From Ophelia neglecta (lineage: Eukaryota): 64,000 nucleotides of DNA. Below the pieces are notes generated by a model. That model saw nothing but the letters and a program-made list of their open reading frames with translations. It did no database searches and had not been told where the DNA came from. The stretch covers positions 34,658,001 to 34,722,000 of the forward strand of contig OZ260662.1 of the NCBI GenBank assembly GCA_965285935.1. The letters are read 5' to 3'. Both the position numbers and the translations under genes were made by a program. Positions 23,523 to 35,482 of this stretch are shown here, piece after piece (the first letter of the stretch is position 1; each line of letters starts with the position of its first letter).

Positions 23523-26500
23523 AGATTGACGGCTTTACTGTTCAGTACCTGAAATCCAACATCACCGGCTGATTTCAGTGTCTTTTTTATGTTGCAAGCC
23601 ATGAACATCTGGAGTGTATGGCAATTGTTTCTCCAAGGATTTTCATCAGCACAGACCATAAAGTTGGATTTGGATGATATTAATCTTACTGTAATGTCTG
23701 GTGTTGATAACAAAATGGCATGTCTGTCTTTAAATGCAGCTATTGCTGTGGACAGTTAGAGACATGAACTATCGAGATGCAAATTGATACTACATCTATA
23801 CCTAAGTGTGAATTTATGCAGGGTATTTGTTTTCGTGGTTTTGCACAAAATGTGAAAAAACACAAAAATCATGGATCCCCCACAAGTGATATAAATGTAT
23901 AATTATGTAGTTATATTATAAATATGTGAAAATAAATTTTCAATAATATTTTTTTCCAATTAATCATAAAACTGAAAATATTTTAACTTACAAGTGAATT
24001 TTTCATGGTGTGTTTCAAAGCCATGTTAATGATCAGAGATATTGCCCACTTCTGTGTAAACTGTTACTAACACACAAATATTTGAATAATAGAGCAGATA
24101 AGGGGTATTATTGTAGATTTTTCAGTCAGTTTCATCAACAAAATCATCACTTTTGTGGATAGTAAAAGTCAACATGTAACCTGTAGGAAAGAACTTTTAA
24201 CTGCACATAATTACCACTTGCGTGACCTTGATTACAATCAGTGTTTGATTGTGGTTGAGATCATATTTTTTGGGGGAAACACAGAATATTCTTAACAGTA
24301 TGCAAAAGGAAAAGTAATGAATTTTCTGTGCAAGAAAAAGGAAGTTAACAAACTTGTGAGTTGAAAGTAGGCTTCTCATCCTTCTCAAACCATCTTGGAT
24401 AAAGACATGAATATGTGGCTGTATCCTAACTGCAGGGTTTGGGGAGGGGGGGGGTGTTAGGTTTTATCTATCAGCTATCTCCTGTCCGGAGGGTAGGTCC
24501 ATATGTCTCCGCTCAACTCCTGCCACAGAAACTTCCTGTGACATTACCTTGACTAAACCTGAGGTAATCTTCTGATATATGTGTACTAAATTTACTTTAC
24601 ATAAAAGATCAGCAGTATTTATCCCCTGATAAACCAACCTATCACTCAATGTAGTAGCCAGGTAGTGACAGGCTCCCGACATTTTATCTGCTGGCAGAAA
24701 GTTAGGCGGCTATTGAAGAAGAAAGCAAAGTAAATTCACCATCTCCCCAAGACAACTTGGCGTTTTAAAGAGCAGAACTGCAATTTGCCATCCTGTACCT
24801 ATGATCAATCATTCCACGATAATTTATAATCAGGTGTGGCTATCAGATTCAGGCTGCAGAGAGCTTCTGGGAAAGTTGTCGAATAATTTCTAGATTGGAT
24901 TTCCACCAACTCCGTGATCTGACGGCTCATCGCCACCCACTCCCCACAGCTGATGGCATCCGCTGGAAAGTGAACATTGCCACTATATTATCTCTATGTT
25001 TTAGGACAAATATAGGAACCTAGGAACCCTGATAATTGGGTTCTCAGGCCCAGGTTTTATGCTATGATATTAGTCAAGTATAATCATCAGTTGGCACTGT
25101 AAGTTGTCAGATTTACTTCATGATAGCAGCAGCAATTTGGTCTTAACTCTTGGATGGAAAACTGTAAAATCAATCACTCTGGTAAAAAAAAGTTGTACCA
25201 TGAAACTTTATTGATTATCAGTAATAGGGCTATTTTCTTGCCACCCATCTTTCCCGGACAAGACAAGTACTTGTTATGTTGTCTCCTTGTGGGCTCTCTG
25301 TGACTGGCTTTGAAGCTTGCCGTCTACTGTGAAGCTTTAAGGGCTGTCAACTTCCATACACCCAGGGCCCCACACCTAATACCCTGACCTCCAAAGTGGT
25401 CCTTGTCTCCTTCTCTCATTACTGCACATTATCTAGTGGAACTGGGGTGAGTTTAAGTCCACATCTCCACAGATACACCCACTCTGTCCAGCAGCAGAAA
25501 TCAATGCCGTCTCAAGCCGTCTTGGATTTTCATAAAGAAAAAGAGCTATTCATCATGCCCTCAATCACCGTAATGGACTAAAGAAATTGTGAAAATTACT
25601 CTAGAATGGAGCACTGACTGAAATAGTCTGGAGTCCGTCCCACCATAGTGTCCACAGTTGACTAAGCTACTGATGGTAAGAATGATTTATCGTTTGGCAG
25701 TTTCTTGCTATCTATCTATCTCTCTTTATGGCGAGCCTCTGAGTTAGGTACTTGGACAACTCTCTTCAACCCCTTGATTCAAGATGGACTCAAGATGCCG
25801 GACTTTGTTTTCTTGTCTGTTGGTATGTCCCTGCTGCATTTTTCTGACTTGGGATATTTATCATGCTCCATCAGAACCAATCAGAACATGTTAAAGAATG
25901 TCTGCTGCTGAAAAAGACCGGCTGAAGTTGCCAAATGAGTTGTGATGTACGGATGCAATGAAGTGTTAAACTTTTCATCTATGGTGAATGAAGCATGAGA
26001 CTCTGCAGATTAGTCCCTCTACTTTTTGACATGATATTCCAAGAAGATGTAATGACTGGCGACATGACAATTCTTGCGGAACTTGTCATTCACTGGACAT
26101 TTCACTTCCAAGTGGCTTCCCCACAATGGCTCGCATGCTTGTGGAGCCAGGCCGAGCAGAGGAGCAGACTGAGTGAGCAGCCCACATTTAATGTGGCCAG
26201 CCACATCAAGTCTGGAGTTGTTGTTTGACATACAGGGATAGTTTAGTTGATCAGAAATAGAAGTAGGAACAAGCTTGATTGAGTGTGTATAATTGTGGTC
26301 AAAACAGAGCAGCTAATTATCCTTGTTGAAATTAATCAGCTGGGAACTCCTCAGAGGAGCTTGGCTATTATCACACAAACCCTAGTCTGTCTCAGCTTGT
26401 TGTTTGAGTATACAAATCAGGGGTTTCTACACCCTCCTGGCAGTGACCCTGGTATTGGATGTTAGCCCCAGTGAGAGGGCTGGCACCCCAGGGCTGGCAC

Positions 26501-26636
26501 TCCTGTCTTGTGTGTTTGATCTACTTGTATGGTGCTGAGTGGAGAGAGTCTCTTAGTCACCAGGTCAGCCACAGGGAGTGTGGCCCTGTTTTAACACCCC
26601 CATATACTGCCATGCTGGGCAGGGTTTGGAAGCCAT

Positions 26637-27010
26637 CAGTCAGCCCCAGGGGGAGAACATCTGTCATTGGATCCTTGTGATACTGTCTGGCTTGGCTGAG
26701 TCTGGTATAGTACTGAAAACCATTGGTCAGCCCCAGGGGAGGAGATATCTGTCATAGGGCCCTGGTCATACTAGATTGTCTCAGGAGAGGGGATACAGTG
26801 GTCCCTGCGATGTAGGGTCACCCCTAAATCCAAGGAAAAGTGGCCCTACATTGCAGGTGGCCCTTCATCGGAGGTACTTTAACATAGAAAAGATAGGACA
26901 TGGGAATTCAAAACCTGTCCTGCCAATGCAGGTGGCCCTTCATTGGAGGGGCCCTACATCGCAGGGACCACTGTATCTGTCATAAGGCCCTGGTCATACT
27001 AGACCATCTC
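26637..27010. repeat. Degenerate local tandem repeat (..TCAGCCCCAGGGG..ATCTGTCAT..CCCTGGTCATACTAGA) interrupted by the MITE
   Basis: TATCTGTCATA(G/A)GGCCCTGGTCATACTAGA occurs at ~26746 and 26974. TCAGCCCCAGGGG occurs at ~26640 and ~26727. Confidence 0.7.
26796..26973. mobile_element. Tc1/mariner superfamily (pogo/Tigger-like) MITE, 178 bp
   Basis: Perfect 22-bp TIRs CAGTGGTCCCTGCGATGTAGGG / CCCTACATCGCAGGGACCACTG, flanked by TA (26794-95 and 26974-75). Internal repeat TGCAGGTGGCCCTTCAT x2. Confidence 0.92.
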
Positions 27011-29684
27011 TGAGCTAGGGTGTAGGATTGACATCTTTTCGTCTGCCCCAGGGTAGAGGCTGTGTTTAGCTGTATGGGATGCTGCACATGTATGTATTCC
27101 CCTGTACTTACAGCTGTTAGCCTGTGCATTTGATTGGTCAGACCTGAGTCCCTAGGGCTCTCCATTAGTTATTGGTCAATTCACAAATGCAGACAATCAA
27201 TTTTCATTTCCACACAGTGGATTCCACTAAAATTTATGTTGGAGAAGGAGCCCATATCCTGTGGGCCTGAAGGTACCATGGTGTGAATGCCTGACCTATG
27301 AGCATGCTTATCACACACTGTCTCTCCAAATTCCACCGGAATCTGCTGGGAATCTGCTGGTTCTTCAATGATGTAGGTTAGACTTTTATGTCAAGCAATA
27401 GGAGCTTAATTTGACACAAAAAACATGTTTAGATTTATTTTTATTGAGTGCTTGGGCACATAATGACTAGTGTAAAATACGGATGGAATTTATTTTAAGT
27501 GTGAAGATGTATATTGTAGGAGACAGGCAGCTGTCCCTCCCCCTTGTGGTATCCTCTCTGTGGTATCCCTCCTTGGCGTCCCCTCAATGTTCTCCCTGAG
27601 AAGTTACCTCCATGGTGGTTTAGCTTCCTGTGATGGGAGGTCCTCTCCCTCCAGGGTGGTCTGAGTGGCAGCTCATCCATGTGTAGTTGACTGAAAATTA
27701 TGGAACTGATTAAAAGCGCACGCCTATTTGGCTTCATTTTCCAGGGAGACAGTCTCTCAGACCATTAGACAGTGGTCAGTGAAAAAGAAAAAATACCATC
27801 TGGGCAAATGAAGAAATATCAGCAGGGACATTTGACTTCCCCAAAGCACCAGTTTCAGATTTTTCAGTGTCATTTTAATTAAAACAAATACACACATAAG
27901 ATTTATTTTCTTTTCTTTGGCTGCAGAAAAGCAATTCCCAGAATCACTTGTTATCGTATTGCCATAAATGTTCATTCCTACTCCAGCAATGAATCAGCGT
28001 GTAGGGACAGTTTTATTTCAATGCCAGTAAAATGTCGTAGCCTTTTCATTTTGCTCTGGAGAATGTTCCAAGGGTCAGATTGTGTAATACCAGAGGACCA
28101 TCCTGAGTTACACAGTTCCTCCAGATAACCATATTTTTGCCTGAGCAGTTTGGGCATCATGTGATCCAAGCTAAGATAGTTACCATGATAAATGGTGAGT
28201 GTTGTCAACCGAAGTGGAAAGAATTGATAAATCAGAGCGATCAGTTTAGAGATAGAGCTCCAGAAACTGTGTGGGACCGGAGTAACTTTGGTAATGAGGG
28301 AGCAGGGGTCAGAGGGGGCAGGGTGTAGAGCCCTCTGATTTCAGACAGAAATATATCTTAGTCATTTCTCCTGGTGATTCTATGATATATGCTTGGTGGC
28401 TGTGTTCTTCATACTGGACAGAAGCTCAGGATGGTGCGTGTCACAGTCCCTGATTATTGGACTCCCTGTGATACTTCATGCTGTGCTTGGCTCAGTGTCT
28501 CCCTGAGCAGTCAGACTCCACCAGATTCTTCAAGCAAATACAATAGATTTGCCTATTAGTAGTCATTGACATGAACAAACAGAATATCCTGGCAAGTCCT
28601 GTCTATTAAGACTGACCTCTGTAATTTGGAATTACCTCAAATCATACAAAATGTATGAACCACTGGCAGAGGCATGTCCAGGAAAACCTAACTTTAAAGT
28701 TTGGTTATCCCACTACATGTAAACCAGTTTCTATTGATTTGGTTCCATCATTATTAAGCCTGAAACATTTTTTGTCAATTGGTAAAGTTGGACCAAAATG
28801 ACCTGCATTGATAGGCACAAATTTTGATCCAATTATTAGTGGTATGATGGGATCAATCAGTGTAGAGTATGAGCCGAGACAGATTTTCTCTTAAAATGGC
28901 TGACACTTTCAATTTAGATCTATAGTTTACAAGTATGGGCCCTTCTCTGCAAGATTTGGCTGGCTCCTCATTTGGCTCTGATCGCAATTAAAACTACACT
29001 TTTTAACCAAGCCTTGACATTTTGTAGAAATTGGTTGGCACTTTCACTTGGCTCTCTGCTCACTGGTAAGCCTCACCAGCATCATCTGGTTCAATAATAT
29101 CCCATATAGCACCCTGGTCAGATAGATTTCAGCCAGGGGTAAGATTAGCTTAATGTATTGTGACAGTAAAAGACTATTGATTCTGACCCTGTACTCATTC
29201 AAGCCTATAATTGAGAAGTGGCACTCACTTGAAGTAGGCTAGGCTTGCTAACTGTGGCCTCAAACTTATCAAATTTCATATTGATTGCTACAATATTTGG
29301 CAGAAAATTTGCCCAAACTACTTGATTAATGATATACAGATGTGGAGATATAAACAATATAATTCTTCATTGACTTCAACATTTATCCTAGTTATGATGG
29401 CAAGAGAATAACCATGCTGTACCCAGAGTACACCTCCTTAGCTACAAGACTTAGGCCAGGCTGGTCTCTGACAAGATTGATGATGGCTCCAGCAGTGCTG
29501 TATTGGTCATTAAGCTCATACCTTCTATAGTATTACTTCTATCAATTTTGCTGTCTGCCCACAGATTTCGCTTATCTGTTTGCTTCTAATCTTAGCAATT
29601 CATTGGTTTTCTCAACAGGAGTTCTTGTGATCCTCTCAGTGGTATCAGTGGTGTGCCACTTGGCACTGGGATCAAAGTACTCAT

Positions 29685-29748
29685 AGGTCACAGACAACCT
29701 GACCTAGATGTGCATGTCAGAGGTCAATGATGGGTCAAAGTGGGGTCA
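29685..29748 (+). promoter_or_regulatory. Cluster of five nuclear-receptor half-sites including tandem DR5-DR5
   Basis: AGGTCA 29685, TGACCT 29700, AGGTCA 29721, GGGTCA 29732, GGGTCA 29743. The last three are each separated by exactly 5 nt. Confidence 0.45.
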
Positions 29749-30100
29749 AGAGCATAGGTAACATTGGAGAGATGCTGGTGATGTCCTCAGGGTAATTACA
29801 GATGGAATCCCTCTAAGAATCTTCTCCTCTCCAAGGTGGTCAAGGGTTGAAATGTCAGTGAGGCAGCCAGGAATGCAGCATATCTGGCAAGTTGGGTGTT
29901 CCATGGTGTCTTCTCTCTCATAATGACTTAAACCGACCTAGGCCATCATGATTTGGGAGGATAGGAGGTGTGCCTAAATGTCAAACTGCACAGCATGCAG
30001 AATGTAATTCCAAGACCAGCTCAGAAATCAGCCTTGCCCTGGTACCCTATCTTTGGATATTCACCTGTACTACCAGCTTTGTGGTCCCTTATTTATAGAG

Positions 30101-30570
30101 CTCCCCTTGCTTCCAATGCTCTCCCAATCACTTGTGAGCTCCCTATTGTCTCCCCCACGCCCTCTGGACTACTATACTCTCCCCATCACTTGTGGGCTCC
30201 CCATGGTCTCCCCATCCCCTCTGGCCTCCTAAACTCTCCCCATCATGTGTGGGCTCTCCAATGCCCCATCCCCTCTGGGCTCATAAACTCCTCCATCACT
30301 CATGGGATCCCCATTTTCCCTCTGGACTCCGGGTGCTCTCCCCATCACTTGTGGGCTGCCCATTTTCTCCCAGTCCCCCTGGACTCCTCTATGCTCTCCT
30401 CCATCACTTATGGACTCCTTAGTTTCCCTCTGGACTCCCTATGCTCTCCCCATCACTTGTGGGCTGCCCATTTTCTCCCAATCCCCTCTGGACTTCTCTA
30501 TGCTCTCCCTCATCCCTTGTAGGCTCCCCACTCTCTCCCCATCTCCCCTGGACTTCCCTTGCTCTCCTGA
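30101..30570. repeat. C-rich degenerate minisatellite, ~8 units of ~50-59 bp (core CTCCCCATCACTTGTGGGCT...CCCTCTGGACT)
   Basis: Core recurs at ~30121, 30179, 30236, 30289, 30338, 30397, 30445 and 30505. It explains the repetitive ORFs at 29968-30913. Confidence 0.9.
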
Positions 30571-33277
30571 ACCTCTGTGGCCTCTCTACGACATCCACTC
30601 TTCCCTCAGTAAATCTGTAGAAAGCCACCTGGAAATGACTGTGAGACTCCCTGGGCATTACTGGTGTCCTGTGTCACATTACCAAGTAATGTATAGCACT
30701 GTTACTGTCCAGGTGATCAAGCTGTATTGTATTACCTCAGTGCCCTTTCGTAAAGCCTCATTCATTTTCTCTTTACTTCGAAATTTCCTTCTACAATGTT
30801 TTTGTGGATCTCTGAGGAGCAATAAATTAATTTTGCTTTTGGGAATACAAGCAAACACCAGGCATACTGGACTAGATATATCCCAGTTTATGTATAGCCA
30901 AGTTTCCTATTAATCTTGAATAAGGATTTCAGCATCTGCCTTTAAGCCGTAGAAAGTCTGGGAATGAACGTGACTGCCTGTTATCTCAGGGCTTGTTATT
31001 CTGTTCCATAAATCTAGAGCAGAGCTTTCAGGCAGCTTTGCTTTGCTTTCAAATAATTATGGGAGAATCCTGACGGATTGACCCATTGCTAGAATATGAA
31101 GAATGACGTGAGGTAGGGGCAGGTTTCTGGCTCAGTCCTATGCCAGAAGGATGCCACCTGTATTGTCTATGAACTGGAGGTGAAGGCTTAGAGGTCAGAA
31201 GCTGGTGACAGTGAGCGCACTTCTGCTGGATTTATGTTAAGTTTTCTGTGGCTGGCCATTTTTGTCAAACAGAATTATAAATCAGCAGATAGAAATGTGT
31301 CACTAGAGGCTTGATTTGGCTGTTCTTTGTCAAGGAATTGTTAGAGTGAAGTCTCCTTTGGGAGAACCACTGAATGTCTTAAGGCTCAATTGACATTTGA
31401 AAGATGTATATTAAGAAAATGCCTGAATCTGGAATTCATTTCACTTTACATCAGCACACATTGTTAACTTGCATCATTTAATTGGGTATATAATGAAGTT
31501 TCCATGGAGACAAGGCTCTGATATGATATGAAATACTGTTGGCTAGCAACCATTAAAGTTTGATGACATTTTATACGATAGCGCCATTTTTGCATCAGTT
31601 TCACAAGTCATTAACAAATTTGTTTAATTATTTTTCTTCTGATCACAGTCTACACAGAAATAATTTGGACACTTTGAAACCAAAAGTCAGATTTTGTGTG
31701 TGTATAGCCATCAGTAAACGTCTGGACACATCAGTTCACGCTTGATGGCAACAAATCTATGCGGGCAACTACAATATGTTTGATGTTCACTGTGTTCAAT
31801 CCTTTTACATGTAAGTCCTTGGCCAAAAAAGCTGGAATAGGCTTTCAAAATTAATTTTTAAGGCATTCACACCTACAAAAGTTAAATAGTTATAGATTAT
31901 ATTTTACAATGATGTAATGTTGACAAACTGTGACTTGGACAATGTTTTGGGTTTGTCTTACTGCAGGGCAAAAAGAACTGCACAAGGTGAATTACATAGA
32001 TATTTTAAATCCCATTTTCTCCAGGATATATACTTTTTAGTTGAAAAAGGTTATAAACATTAAAGAATGGCAATAGCTTGGTCCTAGGTTTCAAGTCTAA
32101 TGGCAACAACTAGAATGCTTAATCAAGAATTTTGCAAATACCACACATGTTAACAGAATACCAATGTGTGCTGCTGGCCCTCGGTACTAAGACCATGCTG
32201 GCTGATCTTGTGTAATGTACATATGGCTGTGTGTAAGCCTTCAGGGTATAACCAGAGATGCAGCCAAAAGCATTGCAGGCTTGGCTCCTAAATACCATGA
32301 GTAAATTGTAAAGGCTCTTTATTTGTGGGCCTCTGGGATATGCCACTGACACACTCCTATATGTCTATATGTCTACTTAGATTCAGAACAGGTGACCCTG
32401 CGCACGTTTGAATAAATCTGATTAAAGTACTGATGAAATTGGTGGCGGAATGTCAGAGTCTGAGGAAATTAAAATAACCCTTGTTGTCCACAACTCAGTG
32501 AGTCTGCCCATAGTTTACTAAATAATTGTCTACAGGTTGCAGTGTCAGAAAACTGCTTTACACTCAATAAATCAGAAATCTGCATCTTTTAGCAAGCTCC
32601 AAAAGACCCATTACTTGCTCAGTGTATACATAACTTTGTACATATTACTTTATTTTTGTTTTGTTTTTTAATATTCTGAACATGTGAGAACAGCTTCATA
32701 TTTACATGGGCTCTTGATCTCTGCTGCTGCATGCAGGCACACCTATAAGAATACCCTGGTCTCTCATCAAGGAAGTTTATGAAGACTTAAACAGTGATTT
32801 ACCATGTGAATAAGAGGGTGATTCTCTTGTTGTTAGAGTTTATGGTTAATTTATTTGCATGTAATGACTGAACTCTGTTGGTCAATTGTAGCATAAATAT
32901 TATTAAGTTGGGTTTAATCTGCCCTGAGTTTAGTTTTTTTCTTCTCCACATTTAACCAAAACCAGTATTCACGTTCCATGCTTTCATGCATCTCACTTTA
33001 TGACCATTTTTGTCTTGGTAAATATATTAAACATAAAATTTATTCATTTTTTAAGTAAAGCAAGTGACAGATTAATGGTGAACTATGGTTCATGTATAAA
33101 GTCTACTCCACTCATGGGACCACTGGTCTTCTAATTATTTCCAGTGTATAAAGTAGTTGGCCTTCAATATCCAGCCAGAAGCCTGCCTTTAACAAATTTA
33201 ACAATATCTATGCCATATTTTCATGAGAAATGTTTTTTATATCCATTATAATCCAATACACATATATTATTTATAAT

Positions 33278-33310
33278 CTAACATATATTTTATTTATGTT
33301 TCAGGTAAGT
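33278..33310 (+). other. Candidate recursive splice site (ratchet point), junction 33304|33305
   Basis: CTAAC branch motif at 33278-33282, AG-free U-rich tract atatattttatttatgttt, then CAG immediately followed by GTAAGT. Confidence 0.75.
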
Positions 33311-34969
33311 AATGGCAGGGTGGGATGATATTTCACCAGACATTTGGTATCGTACAGGACATGCCAATGTATAGAGGAAGCACAGCTCCTAACAGTTTCA
33401 CCAGCACTTGGTCCAGCCTTTCCCCTTACGTGCCATGTAATTCATTGGTAGCCATTATATTGCTTCAAGTCTTGGTAAGATATTTACAGTCCGTCCTTCC
33501 TGGGTTTTATGATCTTACATGTTGCTGCTAAGTGTTAGCGGGTCCCTGTAAGCCACAACTAGCGATCCAAATGGAAACCTATATCTTCTAAACCAGGTAA
33601 TGCTCCAATAATGCCTCCAACTACTGTCAAAGCTCATCACAAGCTGATGGCTGATTTCTACCTCCAGCCAACCAAGTGGCACCAACATGAACTGCAAGAG
33701 TTGGGAGTTAATGCAAACTGAAATGAATTATCCTATGGGAAGATGTGGTATTAAATCATTTTCATAAGATATTCCATGAAGCATTCAGTATGCATGTGTA
33801 GGGTCTTTCTGTGGTTTACAAGTAGCAAACAGAGTTTCTTCATAGCTCATGTCCTTTTATTTGTGTATATTCAGTGTGCAGTTTTTATATGATGCAAAAT
33901 TCAATCCAAATCCCAATTTTTCTTGACCTAAATACATGCACCATAAAACTAGCAGTATGCAATTCGTCATTGGAGAAATTTGGGTCAGGGAATGACCCCC
34001 GGGTCAAACATGAGGCTGCCCTCTGAACTCATCCATGACCATGTTTTCCTCTCAAATTTCATATCAGTAAACTATTTCGACACCTTATCTGGAATTATGC
34101 ATATTATTTTACCCTGCTGGATCTCAACATATGACATTCTGTGACATTTGCCTCCTGAGTTTAGATACCGCTTGGCACCCCTTTATTAAGATGTCAGCAG
34201 GGGGGGTCTTCCCAAATTGGCTGGTGAGTTTGAGGATTAGCAGTGATGCTCTGTTCTGCTCCGGGTTGCTTAGTTTATGGCAATATTGATAGTTTTATGT
34301 CATTATTTTTGTCCATTTATCATGATCCTATGTCATGCTGTCACAGGTTGATTGTGTTTTTAGTAGCCAGCCAAATTAGCTGGGCTATCATGCAGGAGAT
34401 GGCCACATAGTCTGCACGAGGAAATTGTACATCATGAGAGTCTTTAACTGATTTTCCTCAAGACCATTTTCCGTCTTTTGTTTTATCCTAGTGTCCCAGC
34501 TAATGGTTTCCGGTCATAATGTGATAGTGACCAGGACCTTAACCCAGGCCTCCTCAGCAATATCACTGGCCGCTGAAGGTTGATGCTCTATACAGGGACC
34601 ACCAGGCATTTGTAGGTTAGGCTTGTTAGGCTTCTGCATGTAGAACTCCATCCACTATTGTCCTAACCAGGAAACATGGGACAGGTGGACAGAGGATGAA
34701 AGTTTGAACAAGGGACAATCCAGGCTATTTTTCATATTAGCTGAATATACATCCTGAATCAGGATATTGTTAAGGGAGAATACATCACAGGATACCATGA
34801 ACAGCCGTCACATACATTACCCATGTCTAAACAGAAAGTGGCGCCAGTGATTATAAAATGGCATGTGGGGTCTAATCTGGTAGACTGACAATGAGCTCTG
34901 GATCACTACGAGATTCAGAGATACAAAACTGAGGGTGCAATACATCCCTGGTCAATAAGGGGGACACCA

Positions 34970-35482
34970 AAAGCTCTGAAAGCTCTTGTCTACTTATCTT
35001 TTCAAAGAGAGCTTCAAGTCTCCCAAAACTCTTGTCTACACCTCTTGTCACTGGAAGGAAGGCTAAAAGCTCTCCAAACTCTTGTCTACAAATCTTTTCA
35101 ATGGAAGAATCGATTTCCTAAACTCTCGTCTACATTGGTTGTCAATGGGAGAGACTGAAACACCAATCTCCCAAAACTTGTCCACATACATACAAGCTCT
35201 ATAGGAGACAAACCTTTCTGCTCAAACTCTTTTCGACTTCTCTTCTGAATGAGAGAGAGAGACCAAAGCTGCCAAGAGTCTTCTCTCCATGGGAGTCTCA
35301 AATCTCCCCAAACTCTAGTCCACATCTCCCCCAATGGAAGGTTCAAATAAACCCCAAAACTCTTTTCTACATCTTCTCTGAATGGAAGACTAAAATCACC
35401 AACAAAACTCTACATCTCTTGTCAGTGGGAGACTCAAAGCTGCCAAAATTCTTGCCTTCATTTCCTCTCAATGGAAGACTAC
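34970..35482. repeat. Old degenerate minisatellite, ~11 units of ~45-50 bp (core AAACTCTTGTCTACA...TCAATGGAAG)
   Basis: Core recurs at ~34981, 35026, 35076, 35121, 35174, 35224, 35310, 35356, 35405 and 35445. Confidence 0.8.

Noticed and set aside
29968-30913. Long ORFs of 184 and 203 aa
   Set aside because: They translate the C-rich minisatellite, are open in several frames, and show no protein family signal.
33890-34110. Helentron/HINE-like remnants here and at ~48910 and ~55800
   Set aside because: Only vague motif resemblance. Boundaries cannot be defined without a repeat library.
34970-35482. Regularly spaced repeats resembling a CRISPR array
   Set aside because: The units are degenerate along their whole length with no unique spacers, there are no cas genes, and the context is a eukaryotic intron.
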